From NCBI GenBank assembly GCA_028278265.1, contig JANQET010000490.1, positions 461 to 64,460 on the forward strand: DNA of 64,000 bases, in the 5' to 3' direction. Both the position numbers and the translations under genes were made by a program. The notes below the pieces were generated by a model. The model ran no database searches. It saw only the letters and a list, made by a program, of their open reading frames with translations, and was not told the DNA's origin. The DNA comes from Myxococcota bacterium (GTDB lineage Bacteria; Myxococcota_A; Polyangia; JAAYKL01). Below, one piece after another: positions 7,698 to 18,300 of the stretch. Every line of letters starts with the position of its first letter. Position 1 is the stretch's first letter.

Positions 7698-10154
7698 CTA
7701 AAATACCCGCAGCTGTTTCGTTCGGCCGAACCGATTGATTTCAATTGTCTTTCCATCTGTTGAGATACGGATCGCGCCCATTCTATCGGTGCGCAGGAGG
7801 CGAATGCCCCGTTGGGCGAGGCGCCTCAGTACCGGCCGATGGGGGATCCCGTGGCGGTTCCACAGGCCGGCGCTGGCGACCCCGATTGCCGGTGAGGTCA
7901 GCTCGAGCAGCTGGGCCGATGAAGAGGTGTTGCTGCCGTGGTGGGGCAGCTTGAGGATGTCGATTGGACCGATCATGCGGCGGCCGATCAGCAGCTGTTC
8001 GGCTTCGGTGCTGATGTCGCCGGGGAGAAGAAACGAGCGTCGGCCATAGGTGAGGTTCAACACGATGGAGTTGTCGTTGAACGAGAGGGTGGGATCGTAG
8101 CTGTGTTCCCCGTGGCATGGGTGGACAATTGTGGTCAATACCCCGCCTACTCGCGCTGATCCGCAAATCCGGGGAGGTCGCTCGATGGGAATGTCCTGCG
8201 CCCGCGCCATGGCCAGCAGCTCGTGGTAGCGGGGATCGGCCCCTTCGGCGAGACCCTGCCCGTTTTCGATCAGCCGTTCCACCGCAAAGGTGTCCAGCAC
8301 CGCGGGCATACCCCCGACATGGTCCACGTCGGGATGGGTCAGCATCAAGGTATCGATGGTCGACACCCCCAAGGCGCGCAGGGCCGGTACTACGATTTGC
8401 TCGCCCACATCGAATCGGTCGCTCGACGATCCGCCGGCATCGACGAGCCAATGGCGGCCGTCGGGAAAGGTGATCAAGGTGGCATCCCCTTGGCCCACAT
8501 CGAGGAAATCGACAGTCAGTGCACCTGGGCGCGGCCGATCCGGCGCGTCGCTGAGGAGCCCGGCGCAGCCCAGCAGCAGGGCCACACTCAGAAGGAACCA
8601 ACTGCACCGCCGCTTGCCCGCCAAGGCGAGGAGCACGGCCCCGCAGAGAACGGTAATGGCCCAACCGGTTAGGCCGGAGGGGTGGTCGACGGTGCAGGGG
8701 AAACTCGAGACGAATGTGAGGAATCGTTCGAGTGTTTGCAGGAGCATTCCCAGGGGCTGAGCGATCACCGCGGCAGCTGCCGGAGCGAGGAGGGCCAGCA
8801 CGGTTACGATGAGCAGACCGGGTAGGATAATCAGACCGGTGAGGGGTACGGCGAGCATGTTGATCGGCACGGAGGTCAGCGAAACGTAGTTGAAATGAAC
8901 GATGACCAGCGGCGTGGTCGCGGCAGCCGCGGCCAGGCTGGCGCGGAACAGGGAGGTGGCGAGCATCGCACATCGTTCCGAGATGACTCGCCATTTTGTC
9001 GGGGGCACCTCAGGAGGGGTACTGATGGTCGAAGAGCGGTCCGGCCTACCCATTGCGATGAACCCGAACACGGCGGCAAACGAGAGCTGAAATCCCGGAG
9101 AGGTGAGGAGCTCCGGGTCGAACGCCAACAGGGCAACTCCGGCCAGCGCGACCGCTTCGACGGTCGCCGCCTGACGGCCCAAGGCCCGGCTGAGCAGGGC
9201 ACTGAGAACCATCACGCAGGCGCGCACCACTGGCGGCCGACACGAGGCCAGCAGGGTAAACGCGAGGGCCAGGGGCATGGCTAGGATCGCTGCGAATCGC
9301 CCCACGTCGTCGCGGTGGGCGAGCACCGGGATGCGGATCAGGACAAAGCGAATGAGGGCGAATACAAAGGCGATCAACAGCCCCAAGTGCAACCCGCTCA
9401 CGGCCAGGAGATGAGCAGTGCCGGTTCGGCGAAACACGGTGCGTTGGGTCGGGCTGATCACCGCCGCTTCCCCCAAGGTGAGTGCCCGGGCCAAATTGGC
9501 TTGGTTGGGGGGCAACGTCTGTCGCCAGAAGTGACCCAAATCGTGGCGCAGCTGATCAAAAAGAGAGCGAATTCCCGGCCCGGACGTGCGAACCGGGGCG
9601 ATTTCCCCTGCCGTGGTCAATCGGGTAAAGAAGAGGGGGCGTGGATAGGAGCGGCGCATCCCTCCCGGGTTGACCCGCGGTACTACCGGGCGGATCGTCG
9701 CGCGAAAACGGAGATGGTCGTTTCGTCTGAAGCGAAATGTGTTGGCTGAGGTGTTTGTTATCGACAGGATCAAGTCGCCGCTGGTCGGATTTATCGGGCC
9801 GAGGGTTCGGTCGGCCAGACACGCGGAACAACCGACGAGCTCGAGGCGGAGCTCGGCCCGGTCTTCGAGGTATACCGGAGGGGTCGTAACCCTCCCCTCG
9901 AAAATGCGTGAGCAGGGGGGCATCCTCGGTGGAGGCGGCGTGATGGCGGCTTCGTCCCCCACCCGTATCCAGCCGAGGCAGAAGGTGAAAACGATGGCGA
10001 TCCAGGCGATTCCTCTGCCCCACGCCAGACTGGCGACGAGTGCAGCGCCGCCAAGGGGGATGACCAGCGCGATCACCCACGCGGGAGTTGGGAACAGATG
10101 CCCCATCCCGACGCCCAAGGTGTAGGCGAGCGACAACAGTAGCAACACACTCAT
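7698..10154 (-). CDS. comEC: DNA internalization competence protein ComEC/Rec2
   Basis: GTAHLLAVSGLHLG, GFQLSFAAV, FLDVGQGDATLI, LTHPDVDHVGG, LLPGDI, KLPHHGS. Confidence 0.94.
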   Translation of the reverse strand: MSVLLLLSLAYTLGVGMGHLFPTPAWVIALVIPLGGAALVASLAWGRGIAWIAIVFTFCLGWIRVGDEAAITPPPPRMPPCSRIFEGRVTTPPVYLEDRAELRLELVGCSACLADRTLGPINPTSGDLILSITNTSANTFRFRRNDHLRFRATIRPVVPRVNPGGMRRSYPRPLFFTRLTTAGEIAPVRTSGPGIRSLFDQLRHDLGHFWRQTLPPNQANLARALTLGEAAVISPTQRTVFRRTGTAHLLAVSGLHLGLLIAFVFALIRFVLIRIPVLAHRDDVGRFAAILAMPLALAFTLLASCRPPVVRACVMVLSALLSRALGRQAATVEAVALAGVALLAFDPELLTSPGFQLSFAAVFGFIAMGRPDRSSTISTPPEVPPTKWRVISERCAMLATSLFRASLAAAAATTPLVIVHFNYVSLTSVPINMLAVPLTGLIILPGLLIVTVLALLAPAAAAVIAQPLGMLLQTLERFLTFVSSFPCTVDHPSGLTGWAITVLCGAVLLALAGKRRCSWFLLSVALLLGCAGLLSDAPDRPRPGALTVDFLDVGQGDATLITFPDGRHWLVDAGGSSSDRFDVGEQIVVPALRALGVSTIDTLMLTHPDVDHVGGMPAVLDTFAVERLIENGQGLAEGADPRYHELLAMARAQDIPIERPPRICGSARVGGVLTTIVHPCHGEHSYDPTLSFNDNSIVLNLTYGRRSFLLPGDISTEAEQLLIGRRMIGPIDILKLPHHGSNTSSSAQLLELTSPAIGVASAGLWNRHGIPHRPVLRRLAQRGIRLLRTDRMGAIRISTDGKTIEINRFGRTKQLRVF

Positions 10155-10327
10155 GACCCCCGTGAAATCAAACAGTGTGCCAATACACTCAGGGGCCGGA
10201 TCACCGGAGAATGGACCGGCCGTCGGTGATCGATCCGGTGGCGGCGGTGGCGGAGCGGCGATATTCAGCCCGATTTCGCCGTACTCAGCGCTTTATCGTA
10301 TATTGAAGATGCGAATGGTTTGGTACC

Positions 10328-10356
10328 TTGCGCGGCCGGATGACATCGTCTAGTAT
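10328..10356 (+). promoter_or_regulatory. Putative sigma70 promoter, 9 nt before the ATG
   Basis: TTGCGC-N17-TAGTAT, ATG at 10366, no SD. Confidence 0.45.
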
Positions 10357-10365
10357 TCACCCGCC

Positions 10366-11715
10366 ATGAGAACGATAACTATTTTACTAGGGGTGGGTCT
10401 GATTTGTGTCGTAAATGGATGTTTGCCCGATACATCCGGAAATGATCCGCCCAGTGATCGCCTGATTTACCCTGTCGGTCTGACCATGTCCGCCGATGAT
10501 CAATATTTGTTTGCGGCAAACTCCAATTTTGATCTCGAATACAACGCCGGGACCCTCGTGGCCATTGACGTGGGCGAACGGCTTACCCAGGCAATCGCCG
10601 AGGCTCAACAGGATACCAGCGATGCAGACTTTGTCCACGTCCCCATCGAATCGTTGATTCGCTCGGATCAGACCATTCGATTCGGTGCCTTTGCCAGTGA
10701 TCTGGAGATCACCCCGCTGGGGGATCGCTTGCTCATCCCCGTCCGGGGAGAACGGGCGATCCTGCTGATTGATGTGGCCCAGAACGAGGCGGGTCTGCAG
10801 CTGAACTGCGGCCAGGGACCGGATCGGCGGTGTGACAGCGCCCACAAGGTGGAGAGCAACGATCAGTACAGCTTGCCCATTGAACCGTATGAAGTGGGGG
10901 CGCTGAACTACGTGGAGCCGTTGAGCGGTCAGAATGGCGAGGAACAGATCACCACGCTGGGGTTCGCCACCCATCTCGATGGGGGCGAGGTTTCCTTGTT
11001 CGTCGTTCGCGACGGCAGCATGGGGGGCCGGGCCGCTGCTGAGCTGATTCGCGTGGTCGAAGGGGTCGTTCCTGGAGCGAGCGGTATTGCGGTCAATCCC
11101 CAATCCAACGATATTTACGTGTCCGGGCGGCACGCGGCCTCTCCGTACGTCGCCGTGATGCGGGTGCTCACCGATTCGGAGAACGGATCGTTTTCCCGCA
11201 ATCCCTATTTCGGCTCGGTCAAGAAGATCAACATCAAGGACGATTTGACCGCCGCTACCGATATTCGGGGTATCGCTGTGACGAGCACCGGCGATCGGGC
11301 CTATGCGGTGGTGCGAAAGCCCGAGGCACTGATCAAATTCGATTTGGAGAGCAACAAATTTCTCGACATGGTGTCGGTCGGTGCGACCCCGACGACGGTA
11401 ACCCTTATCGAAGACAATCGCGGCACGCCGCAGGACCCCAGCGATGATCAGGTCTATGCCTTTGTTCTGTGTTTCACCACGGATCAGGTCTTTATCATCG
11501 ACACCCAGTTGATGGAGGTCATCGCGGTTCGCGAAGCCGGTTCGGGTCCCCAGGCGATGGCTTTCGATCGCGCGCGACAGCGGGTTTATATCGCCAATTT
11601 CAGGGAATCGACGATATCCATTTTGAGCACTCAATGGCCGTTCGATTATTTCAAGGCACCGGACGGTCGGATGATAAAGATTGGCGAGCCTCGCCTGCCC
11701 AAGGGTCATGACTAG
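10366..11715 (+). CDS. Lipoprotein with YncE/YVTN-like beta-propeller repeats
   Basis: Lipobox VNGC; blades such as YPVGLTMS..YLFAANSN, RGIAVTSTGDRAYAV, GSGPQAMAFDRARQRVYIANFRESTISIL. Confidence 0.7.
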   Translation: MRTITILLGVGLICVVNGCLPDTSGNDPPSDRLIYPVGLTMSADDQYLFAANSNFDLEYNAGTLVAIDVGERLTQAIAEAQQDTSDADFVHVPIESLIRSDQTIRFGAFASDLEITPLGDRLLIPVRGERAILLIDVAQNEAGLQLNCGQGPDRRCDSAHKVESNDQYSLPIEPYEVGALNYVEPLSGQNGEEQITTLGFATHLDGGEVSLFVVRDGSMGGRAAAELIRVVEGVVPGASGIAVNPQSNDIYVSGRHAASPYVAVMRVLTDSENGSFSRNPYFGSVKKINIKDDLTAATDIRGIAVTSTGDRAYAVVRKPEALIKFDLESNKFLDMVSVGATPTTVTLIEDNRGTPQDPSDDQVYAFVLCFTTDQVFIIDTQLMEVIAVREAGSGPQAMAFDRARQRVYIANFRESTISILSTQWPFDYFKAPDGRMIKIGEPRLPKGHD

Positions 11716-14041
11716 ATTACAACAACACATAACACAAATGTTGCGGGTCGCCGGGTGCGCCGCTCTGGTGATCACTGGGGGATGGGGACTGGGGTGTGAC
11801 GAAAAACCCGAGGAACAGGAGATCAGTCAGTTCGAACGACCGCAAGACGTGGCCTTGGTCTGCTACCATGAAACCGATGACGGCCTGAAGGAAACGCTGC
11901 CACTGCCCTGCTGTAAACCGGCAGGGGGCAATATCGCCGGATATTGCGGCGGCCCGTTGCTGGGGGTGACCATCCTCGGCTTTGTCACCCAAACGACCAC
12001 CGGAGAGGTGGCCCTCGTCGATTTGTACGAGGGGCGTGTCGTCGACCAGGATGTGCGCATTCCGTTCAACAGCTTCATCCCGGTCGGTGGTCAGCCCAAT
12101 GACATCGCTGCCACCTGGGACGGATCGCGGGTGTACACGGCGAACTTCGAAACTGGCGACCTCTCGGCCATCAGCGTGCTCGATTCGTTGGGCCCGACGA
12201 TCTCTCCTGCCTCATCCATCGACCTGGGTGGGCCCGCCGCCAAAATCGTGTTGTCCCACTCGGCATCGATTCGCGATCAATACGCCTTCGTCACCCAGCC
12301 CACCCTCGGACGGTTGACGGTTGTGGCCCTCGATCCGGCGCAATGCCCCGGCGGTCAGCCCCAGGAGCAAGCCGTGGGGAATGACGCGCTCGGCGGTTGT
12401 GTGCTGGGCTATATGCGCCTCGACGCCGGGACGGGTCTGGACCACGTCATCGAGGACACCAGCCCCGAAGGCATCCATCCCTGGTCGATCATCGCTTCGG
12501 ATTTTTCTCCCTCCATTTTTGTCGCCGGCATGAGCGGTGAGTACATCGTGGAGCTCGACAGCGAGGTGCTGGTCGAGCACGCTCTGGCCCTCGCGGCGCC
12601 GGGTGAGTTGGGGGAGGTGGCGCTGGTCCGGCGACTGGCCATCGATGGGTACAGCGTCAGGTCGATGGCGATCGAACCGGAGTTGGAGCGGTGGATCTAC
12701 GCCATCGAAAATGAAACCGGTGGGATTCTGGTCCTCGACTTGATCACCGAGGAGATCGTGCAGGTCAATGCGGACAATCCGTTAATCGATTCCGAGGTGA
12801 TCGAGGTGCCCGGAAAGGCGCGCTCCATCGCTATGATTCGGCCTCAAGAGGTCTCCGGTAGTGACCCGGTGTTCACGTTCAACGGTTCGTTTGCCGTGGT
12901 GAGCACGACGGCATCCAACCTCTACGTCATCGACGTCGACGACCTCAACGCCACCGTCACATACCCCCATACCCTTCGGTCAGCCAATCCGCTCGATCCC
13001 AACGCGCCGAATCAAATGCTCGAGGGGGAGCCTCTACTGACGATGGATGATCAGAATATTGCCTACAACGAGCGCTATGACTACGCTTTCCTGGCGGACG
13101 CGGGTCTGGAAGACGTGGGATGTGACGCCGGGGCGGAGTTTCGACAGAAATCCAGTTACGGTGTCCATTTCAAATGCGATCCCAGGCAGTCCAACGACGA
13201 AATTTGGGCACTGTTCTGGCAAGGGCGGATTGGCCTGTCCGGCGCCGCGGTCCTCGACGAGTCGGTCGAGGCCGCCCCTGGTACGGTGGCGGTGTTGGAC
13301 GAGACCAAGGACCTGTGCCGACGCGGATTGCTCGGACCGGGGATCTATCCGGAAATCAAGGACTCCATCGAATACGAAGGCGACCTGTGGGTGATCACCT
13401 CGGAACCTCTGCCGGATCCGCTCCTCGACGGGGGCGTAGCCGACTGCACCGAGTATGAGAACAAGGAGCTGATTTACCAGGTCAAGCAGGTGATCGACAA
13501 GAATACCCTGCTCATCGGCAATGTGGTTCCCAACGAATTCCTCGACGTCTCCAACATCCCCCTGCCGCGCCGTGAATGCTTCGGCCAGGCATTCAGCTAC
13601 GATATTCGCGCCTATGATCACTGGGTGTTGGAGGGACAGAAGACCGGTCGGTTGCACCACGGGGCCTTTGACGGGCAGTGCATCCCGGTGGATCCGGATC
13701 CCGAACAGGAAGAGCGATTGAAATGGCGGCGCAGCCGCGTGTTTCGCAATGCCCCGTTTTTCAACTACTATTTTTCGTTTATGTTGAAAGAGGGGGAGCT
13801 GCTGACCGAATCCGATGCGGGTGTCGTCGACACCGATGTGGAACAGGAGGCCATTCCTCGCGTCTCGCTCACCTTCACCACAGCCAAGGGATTCAAACCG
13901 CTCTACACGACAGTGGCGGCCAATGTCACTGACATCGAAGTGACCCCCGAGCTCGATCTCATCCTCATTGACCAATCCGGTCAGAAACTGTTCGTTTTCG
14001 ATTTTCTCAGGAATTTCGCCGTGGTCGACCAAGTCGATTGA
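11708..14041 (+). CDS. Large acidic, Cys-containing lipoprotein with a propeller-like N-terminal half
   Basis: Lipobox GLGC; FERPQDVALVC, VGGQPNDIAATWDGSRVYTAN; start overlaps the previous stop. Confidence 0.7.
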   Translation: MTRLQQHITQMLRVAGCAALVITGGWGLGCDEKPEEQEISQFERPQDVALVCYHETDDGLKETLPLPCCKPAGGNIAGYCGGPLLGVTILGFVTQTTTGEVALVDLYEGRVVDQDVRIPFNSFIPVGGQPNDIAATWDGSRVYTANFETGDLSAISVLDSLGPTISPASSIDLGGPAAKIVLSHSASIRDQYAFVTQPTLGRLTVVALDPAQCPGGQPQEQAVGNDALGGCVLGYMRLDAGTGLDHVIEDTSPEGIHPWSIIASDFSPSIFVAGMSGEYIVELDSEVLVEHALALAAPGELGEVALVRRLAIDGYSVRSMAIEPELERWIYAIENETGGILVLDLITEEIVQVNADNPLIDSEVIEVPGKARSIAMIRPQEVSGSDPVFTFNGSFAVVSTTASNLYVIDVDDLNATVTYPHTLRSANPLDPNAPNQMLEGEPLLTMDDQNIAYNERYDYAFLADAGLEDVGCDAGAEFRQKSSYGVHFKCDPRQSNDEIWALFWQGRIGLSGAAVLDESVEAAPGTVAVLDETKDLCRRGLLGPGIYPEIKDSIEYEGDLWVITSEPLPDPLLDGGVADCTEYENKELIYQVKQVIDKNTLLIGNVVPNEFLDVSNIPLPRRECFGQAFSYDIRAYDHWVLEGQKTGRLHHGAFDGQCIPVDPDPEQEERLKWRRSRVFRNAPFFNYYFSFMLKEGELLTESDAGVVDTDVEQEAIPRVSLTFTTAKGFKPLYTTVAANVTDIEVTPELDLILIDQSGQKLFVFDFLRNFAVVDQVD

Positions 14042-14046
14042 GCGGC

Positions 14047-14910
14047 ATGGCGTCGGTTGGAACGGTTCGGCTCTTTCCCATCATCGTCTCTCGGTTCGCC
14101 CTCGATGGGGGGGCGATGTTCGGCATCATCCCGAGACCCTTGTGGGAACAGACCCATCCCGCGGATCAGCAGGGCAGGATCTCGATGGTCGCGCGGGTGT
14201 TGGTGGCGCAATTTCCCGAGCAGGGCCGCTTGGCGGTGATCGACGGGGGCATGGGGCCGGGCCGGGACGAGCGGGATCGGGGGCGCTACGCGATTGATGG
14301 TCAGACCCCGGGGATCGTACGAGCCCTCGCTCGACTGGGGATCAGCGCCGATGAGGTCACTGACGCGGTGATCACCCACCTGCACTTCGACCATATCGGC
14401 GGGTTTGTCGTTCCCGGTTCGAGCGGGGAGGGGGTGCCCACCTTTCCCCGAGCCCGCTACCACGTGCAGCGGGAGCAGTGGGAATGGGCCAATGACCCGT
14501 CGATTCGCGACCGCGGGAGCTTTCGCGAGGAACAGATCCGACCGCTGCGGACCTCTGGTCAATTGAATTTTATCGATGGGGATCACACCCTCTTTCCCGG
14601 ATTCCAGGTGCTCAATGTCGGGGGACACACCCCAGGGCTGCAAGTGCCGCTGATATCCGGAAAGACCGGCACTGTCGCCTATCCGACGGATTTGATCCCC
14701 ACCTCGGCCCATGTGCGGAGGTCGTGGATTATGGCCTATGATCTATTTCCCCTCGATTCCCTCGAAGCCAAGGTGCGGTTGCTCAGTCGAGCGGTCGATG
14801 AGGGGTGGATGTTGCTGCTCGAGCACGATCCCCAGGTGGCATCGATAACCGTCTCCACGGACGGCGAAGAGTTCACCGCTCATCCCTGCGTTTGTCCGGC
14901 AGTGCTGTGA
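14047..14910 (+). CDS. MBL-fold metallo-hydrolase, YtnP-like
   Basis: FALDGGAMFGIIPRPLW, THLHFDHIGG, GGHTPG, DLIPT, LEHDP. Confidence 0.88.
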   Translation: MASVGTVRLFPIIVSRFALDGGAMFGIIPRPLWEQTHPADQQGRISMVARVLVAQFPEQGRLAVIDGGMGPGRDERDRGRYAIDGQTPGIVRALARLGISADEVTDAVITHLHFDHIGGFVVPGSSGEGVPTFPRARYHVQREQWEWANDPSIRDRGSFREEQIRPLRTSGQLNFIDGDHTLFPGFQVLNVGGHTPGLQVPLISGKTGTVAYPTDLIPTSAHVRRSWIMAYDLFPLDSLEAKVRLLSRAVDEGWMLLLEHDPQVASITVSTDGEEFTAHPCVCPAVL

Positions 14911-15703
14911 TCCGGTCCGAAAACACCCCACTGTAGATTTCCTGGGCGCGGACCGTGTCTCCGCCGGCGCGTTCCTTGAGGATTAGCGGCGGCTCGACCG
15001 TGAGGCGGCCGGTCTTGCCCGTGCGCGCTTCGATCAGCGACAGCTCGGCGGCTGCGTCGGCAACCGGATGGACCAGGCAGAGCCGGGTACAGGTGAGGTT
15101 CCGGCGATTCAGGGCGATGAGCAGCGAGTCCAGTCGCCGCACCGGAAACACCAGGCAGACACGACCCCTGGGGTGGATCAACCGTGAGGCGTTGGCGATC
15201 CAGTCATCGAGTCCCCCCAGAATTTCGTGGCAGGCGACCCGTCGCTCCTCGTCGTGGGGCAAAAGCCCGCTGTTGGGGTTCCAAAACGGCGGATTGCTGA
15301 CCACCAAATCACAGCTGTTCGGCTCGAGTGCCGAAGAGAGGTCGCGAATATCGCTTGCGATCACCCGGTAGCGCTGATCGAACTGGTTGACCCGGGCGTT
15401 GTCCGAGCAGAGGCGGGCGAGCTTGGGTTGTACTTCGACGGCGATGATCCGTTCCGCTTGGTCCGCTGCCAGTAGGCCCAGGCCGACGACACCACAGCCC
15501 GCCCCCAGGTCGGCGACCGTGTCATCCCGGTGAGTGCCACAGGCAAACCAGATGAGCAGATAGGAATCGACCGAGAACCGGTATCCTTGCTTGGGTTGGC
15601 GGACGATCAGTCGTCCGTCGAAGAGGGTGTCCCGGGTCGTTTCGCGGTGTATTTCCGCGATCGGAGCATCGGGTGGATGAAAAGGGTTCACTTCATTGTT
15701 CAT
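14873..15703 (-). CDS. tRNA1(Val) A37 N6-methyltransferase family (YfiC/TrmN6)
   Basis: QPKQGYRFSVDSYLL, DLGAGCGVVGL, VEVQ, VVSNPPF. Confidence 0.85.
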   Translation of the reverse strand: MNNEVNPFHPPDAPIAEIHRETTRDTLFDGRLIVRQPKQGYRFSVDSYLLIWFACGTHRDDTVADLGAGCGVVGLGLLAADQAERIIAVEVQPKLARLCSDNARVNQFDQRYRVIASDIRDLSSALEPNSCDLVVSNPPFWNPNSGLLPHDEERRVACHEILGGLDDWIANASRLIHPRGRVCLVFPVRRLDSLLIALNRRNLTCTRLCLVHPVADAAAELSLIEARTGKTGRLTVEPPLILKERAGGDTVRAQEIYSGVFSDRITALPDKRRDER

Positions 15704-15777
15704 AACGAGAAAAAGTATTGAAACAATTTTTCCACTCGTACGTCAAACCCTAATGATGAAGAGAAAGGAGATTTCAA

Positions 15778-16197
15778 ATGCGGATGTCGATTCGAAGAAG
15801 GGTTGCCCCAGCGGCGATTGCGGGACTGGTGATATTCGGCCTGTCGAGCGCGAGTGTTTCCGCTGGGACGGTGAAAAAATCGGGCCCGTTTTATGATGTC
15901 GAGATAAGTAAATCCAAAAAGGGCAACAAAAGCATCGCCACGATCAAGGTCACTGGAAAGAAGGGGTATCATTGCAACATGCTCTACCCCTGGAAGCTCA
16001 CCCCGGCCAAGGCCGCGGGGATAGCGTTTGACAAGCCGGTCTACAAAAAGGCCGATGCCAAGCGGTTCACCGAGCAAGCGGTTGTGTTCGAAGTCGTGTA
16101 CAGCGCTTCGGCCGACCAGCGGGCGTCGGCCACATTGAAAATGAGTCTGTGCAACGACAAACAGTGCGACCTTGCCAAAGAGGTTCTCGAGTTTTAG
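15778..16197 (+). CDS. Small secreted basic beta-rich protein (DsbD-N-like), hypothetical
   Basis: Signal peptide ..SASVSA; CNMLYPWKL and CNDKQC motifs. Confidence 0.65.
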   Translation: MRMSIRRRVAPAAIAGLVIFGLSSASVSAGTVKKSGPFYDVEISKSKKGNKSIATIKVTGKKGYHCNMLYPWKLTPAKAAGIAFDKPVYKKADAKRFTEQAVVFEVVYSASADQRASATLKMSLCNDKQCDLAKEVLEF

Positions 16198-18185
16198 TCC
16201 CGTTTTTTTCTGAAAATATCAAACAGTCCGGAGGTTTCGCTACTCCGATGGCGCAGTCTGAGTAAGCGCAGTTGCCGCGCCGAATCGATGTGTTGGGGAT
16301 CGAGCTTGACCGCCTGCATGAAGTAGGCTGTTGCCTTTTTTTCCTTTTTTTCCCGTAACATCAAATTTCCCAGCAGATAGACGAACAACACTTCCTCCGG
16401 TTGTTCATCGTGCAGTTTGTTCAGCAACTGTTCGGTGGTCTGCTGCTGCTCGATGGGATCGGACAGATAGCTGGCCCAAGCATGGTATGCTTGGTAGCGG
16501 GGACTCGGGGAGAGGGCGTGGGCCTGTCCGAACAGATCCTGAGCCCTGCCGAAATCCCCATTGCGGAGCGCGAGAAATCCCTCCTCGAACAACACCAGAT
16601 CTCTCTTCTTGGACAATCCGGCGCGCTTCTGCTTCAACCGGCTGCGGGCGGGGCTCATTGAGACGCTTTCGACTTTTTGATCAAGCCGCTGGACATATCG
16701 TTTGCGCGCCGCCGGATCGACGAGAGTGCGGTAGGCGTTGTGGATGCGAACGTAGAGCTCTTCCACTTTTTCGTGAATCAATCCGGTGTCGATACCGATC
16801 AAGGTGTCGGGATGGTAGCGCTGTTGCCGGGTCTTGAACGCCTCGGTGATCTCGGTCACTGACGCCTGACGGGACACGCCGAGCAGCTTGAAATAGTCGG
16901 CGGTTCTCAACTTGATGTACTCACTCAGCAGCGCTTTGGCGCGATCGTCCTTGGCCCCATCTGTCATCTGAGAGGCCGATGAGTCGAGGGGCGAGAGGTC
17001 CTCGCCGCCGTCGTCGAGGACAAACCCGATGTGCTCCATGATGTACAGGGCGAACAACGTGCCGGTGATCAGGTTGATGTCTTTGACCTGACGAATGATA
17101 TCGATAATCGTGGTCCCTCTTCTGGCCAGGCGCAACACGCGCGCCTCTTGTGTGGAGAGGCCGAGGTGGTCTTCGAGATAGGGAGATGCATCCAGCCCCA
17201 CCGTCTCACTGGAGTCATTGATGCCCAACCACTTCTGAATCCTCGAAGGGGTCCAATACCGTTGGATGCCGTCGAGAAGGATGCGACCCGGGGTCATTCT
17301 GGCAACGATCACTTCGTCCTTCCAGTTGTCCCCTTCCTCGAAGTGATAGGTGCCCTCGGACCAATTGAAAATCGAAATGACCTTGTTCATCAGGTGGGAT
17401 TCGATTTCGGTGAACAACTCGTGAGGGCCCAACAGCCCCAGCTTCAGCAACACCTCACCGAAGTGCCGGCCCGTGCGGGTCATCTGGGCCAGCGCTTTGT
17501 TGTGTTGAGTCTGGGAAATTTTCTTTTTGCGAACCAGGTGGGCGCCCAAGGTCTCCTCGGGCAGTGACGATTCCGCATACACCGGCATCCCGTTTTGAAA
17601 GAAGACCCGCTTTTCGGTGCTGCCGGAGCAAATTTGCAGCTGGCCCGTGCGCGACACGACGAAAATGCCGTTGAGCAGCTCGGGAATCGTCACCTGTTCG
17701 AGATTGCCGGACTGGGGAATGTTGCGGCGCTCCATATGGATGCGACGTCCCTTCTCCCGTGGGGGATCCTGTTGGCCGACCGGAGCCTGACGAGAGGGTG
17801 ACTGGGACAACGCGCTTTCGATATGATCGATGACGGTGCGCATCTGAAACGGTTTCTGGAGAAATGACGAGACGTGAAGGCGCGCTGTTTCCACCTTCAA
17901 ATCCTTGGTTTGCAGCACTGCGCTCATCATGATGACCGGCACATCGGAGTGCTCACTCAACTGGCGGATCCGTTTGAGGGTCTCGATTCCGTCGAGGCGG
18001 GGCAGCAGGACGTCGAGGAGAACCACATCGGGTTGGAAGGTGGTCAGGGTCTGCAGTCCCGCATTGCCGTCGATCGCCTCGGCGATGGTGTACCCGTTGC
18101 GTTTGAGGTACAGGCAGATGATGTTGCGCACATCCTCGTTGTCCTCAACGACCAGTACGCGCTTCTTGGAAGTTGGTAGAGTCAT
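16194..18185 (-). CDS. Response regulator with DUF4388 (PATAN-like), DnaJ and TPR domains
   Basis: Receiver VLVVEDN..LLDVLLP..QKPF; GNLEQVTIPELL..VFFQNGMPVYAES; DYFKLLGV..RYHPD; C-terminal TPR. Confidence 0.85.
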   Translation of the reverse strand: MTLPTSKKRVLVVEDNEDVRNIICLYLKRNGYTIAEAIDGNAGLQTLTTFQPDVVLLDVLLPRLDGIETLKRIRQLSEHSDVPVIMMSAVLQTKDLKVETARLHVSSFLQKPFQMRTVIDHIESALSQSPSRQAPVGQQDPPREKGRRIHMERRNIPQSGNLEQVTIPELLNGIFVVSRTGQLQICSGSTEKRVFFQNGMPVYAESSLPEETLGAHLVRKKKISQTQHNKALAQMTRTGRHFGEVLLKLGLLGPHELFTEIESHLMNKVISIFNWSEGTYHFEEGDNWKDEVIVARMTPGRILLDGIQRYWTPSRIQKWLGINDSSETVGLDASPYLEDHLGLSTQEARVLRLARRGTTIIDIIRQVKDINLITGTLFALYIMEHIGFVLDDGGEDLSPLDSSASQMTDGAKDDRAKALLSEYIKLRTADYFKLLGVSRQASVTEITEAFKTRQQRYHPDTLIGIDTGLIHEKVEELYVRIHNAYRTLVDPAARKRYVQRLDQKVESVSMSPARSRLKQKRAGLSKKRDLVLFEEGFLALRNGDFGRAQDLFGQAHALSPSPRYQAYHAWASYLSDPIEQQQTTEQLLNKLHDEQPEEVLFVYLLGNLMLREKKEKKATAYFMQAVKLDPQHIDSARQLRLLRLRHRSSETSGLFDIFRKKRD

Positions 18186-18300
18186 CTCGAAGGGAATTCT
18201 AATTCGACCCTGGCGCTAGAGCAACGTCTTAGCTCAAGAAACGACAATGTTTATTTTTAGACGAACGTCGAGCTGAGTTAGTGAGGCGGCCGGAAAAGGA

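Noticed and set aside
10168-10184. TTGGCACACTGTTTGAT upstream of comEC as a sigma54 promoter
   Set aside because: -12 dinucleotide is GA, not GC, and no UAS motif was seen
10387-14032. Long antisense ORFs (10387..11775, 13034..14032; similarly 27071..28342, 37027..38103, 39440..40831, 51787..52974)
   Set aside because: Typical stop-poor antisense frames of GC-rich genes; no motifs
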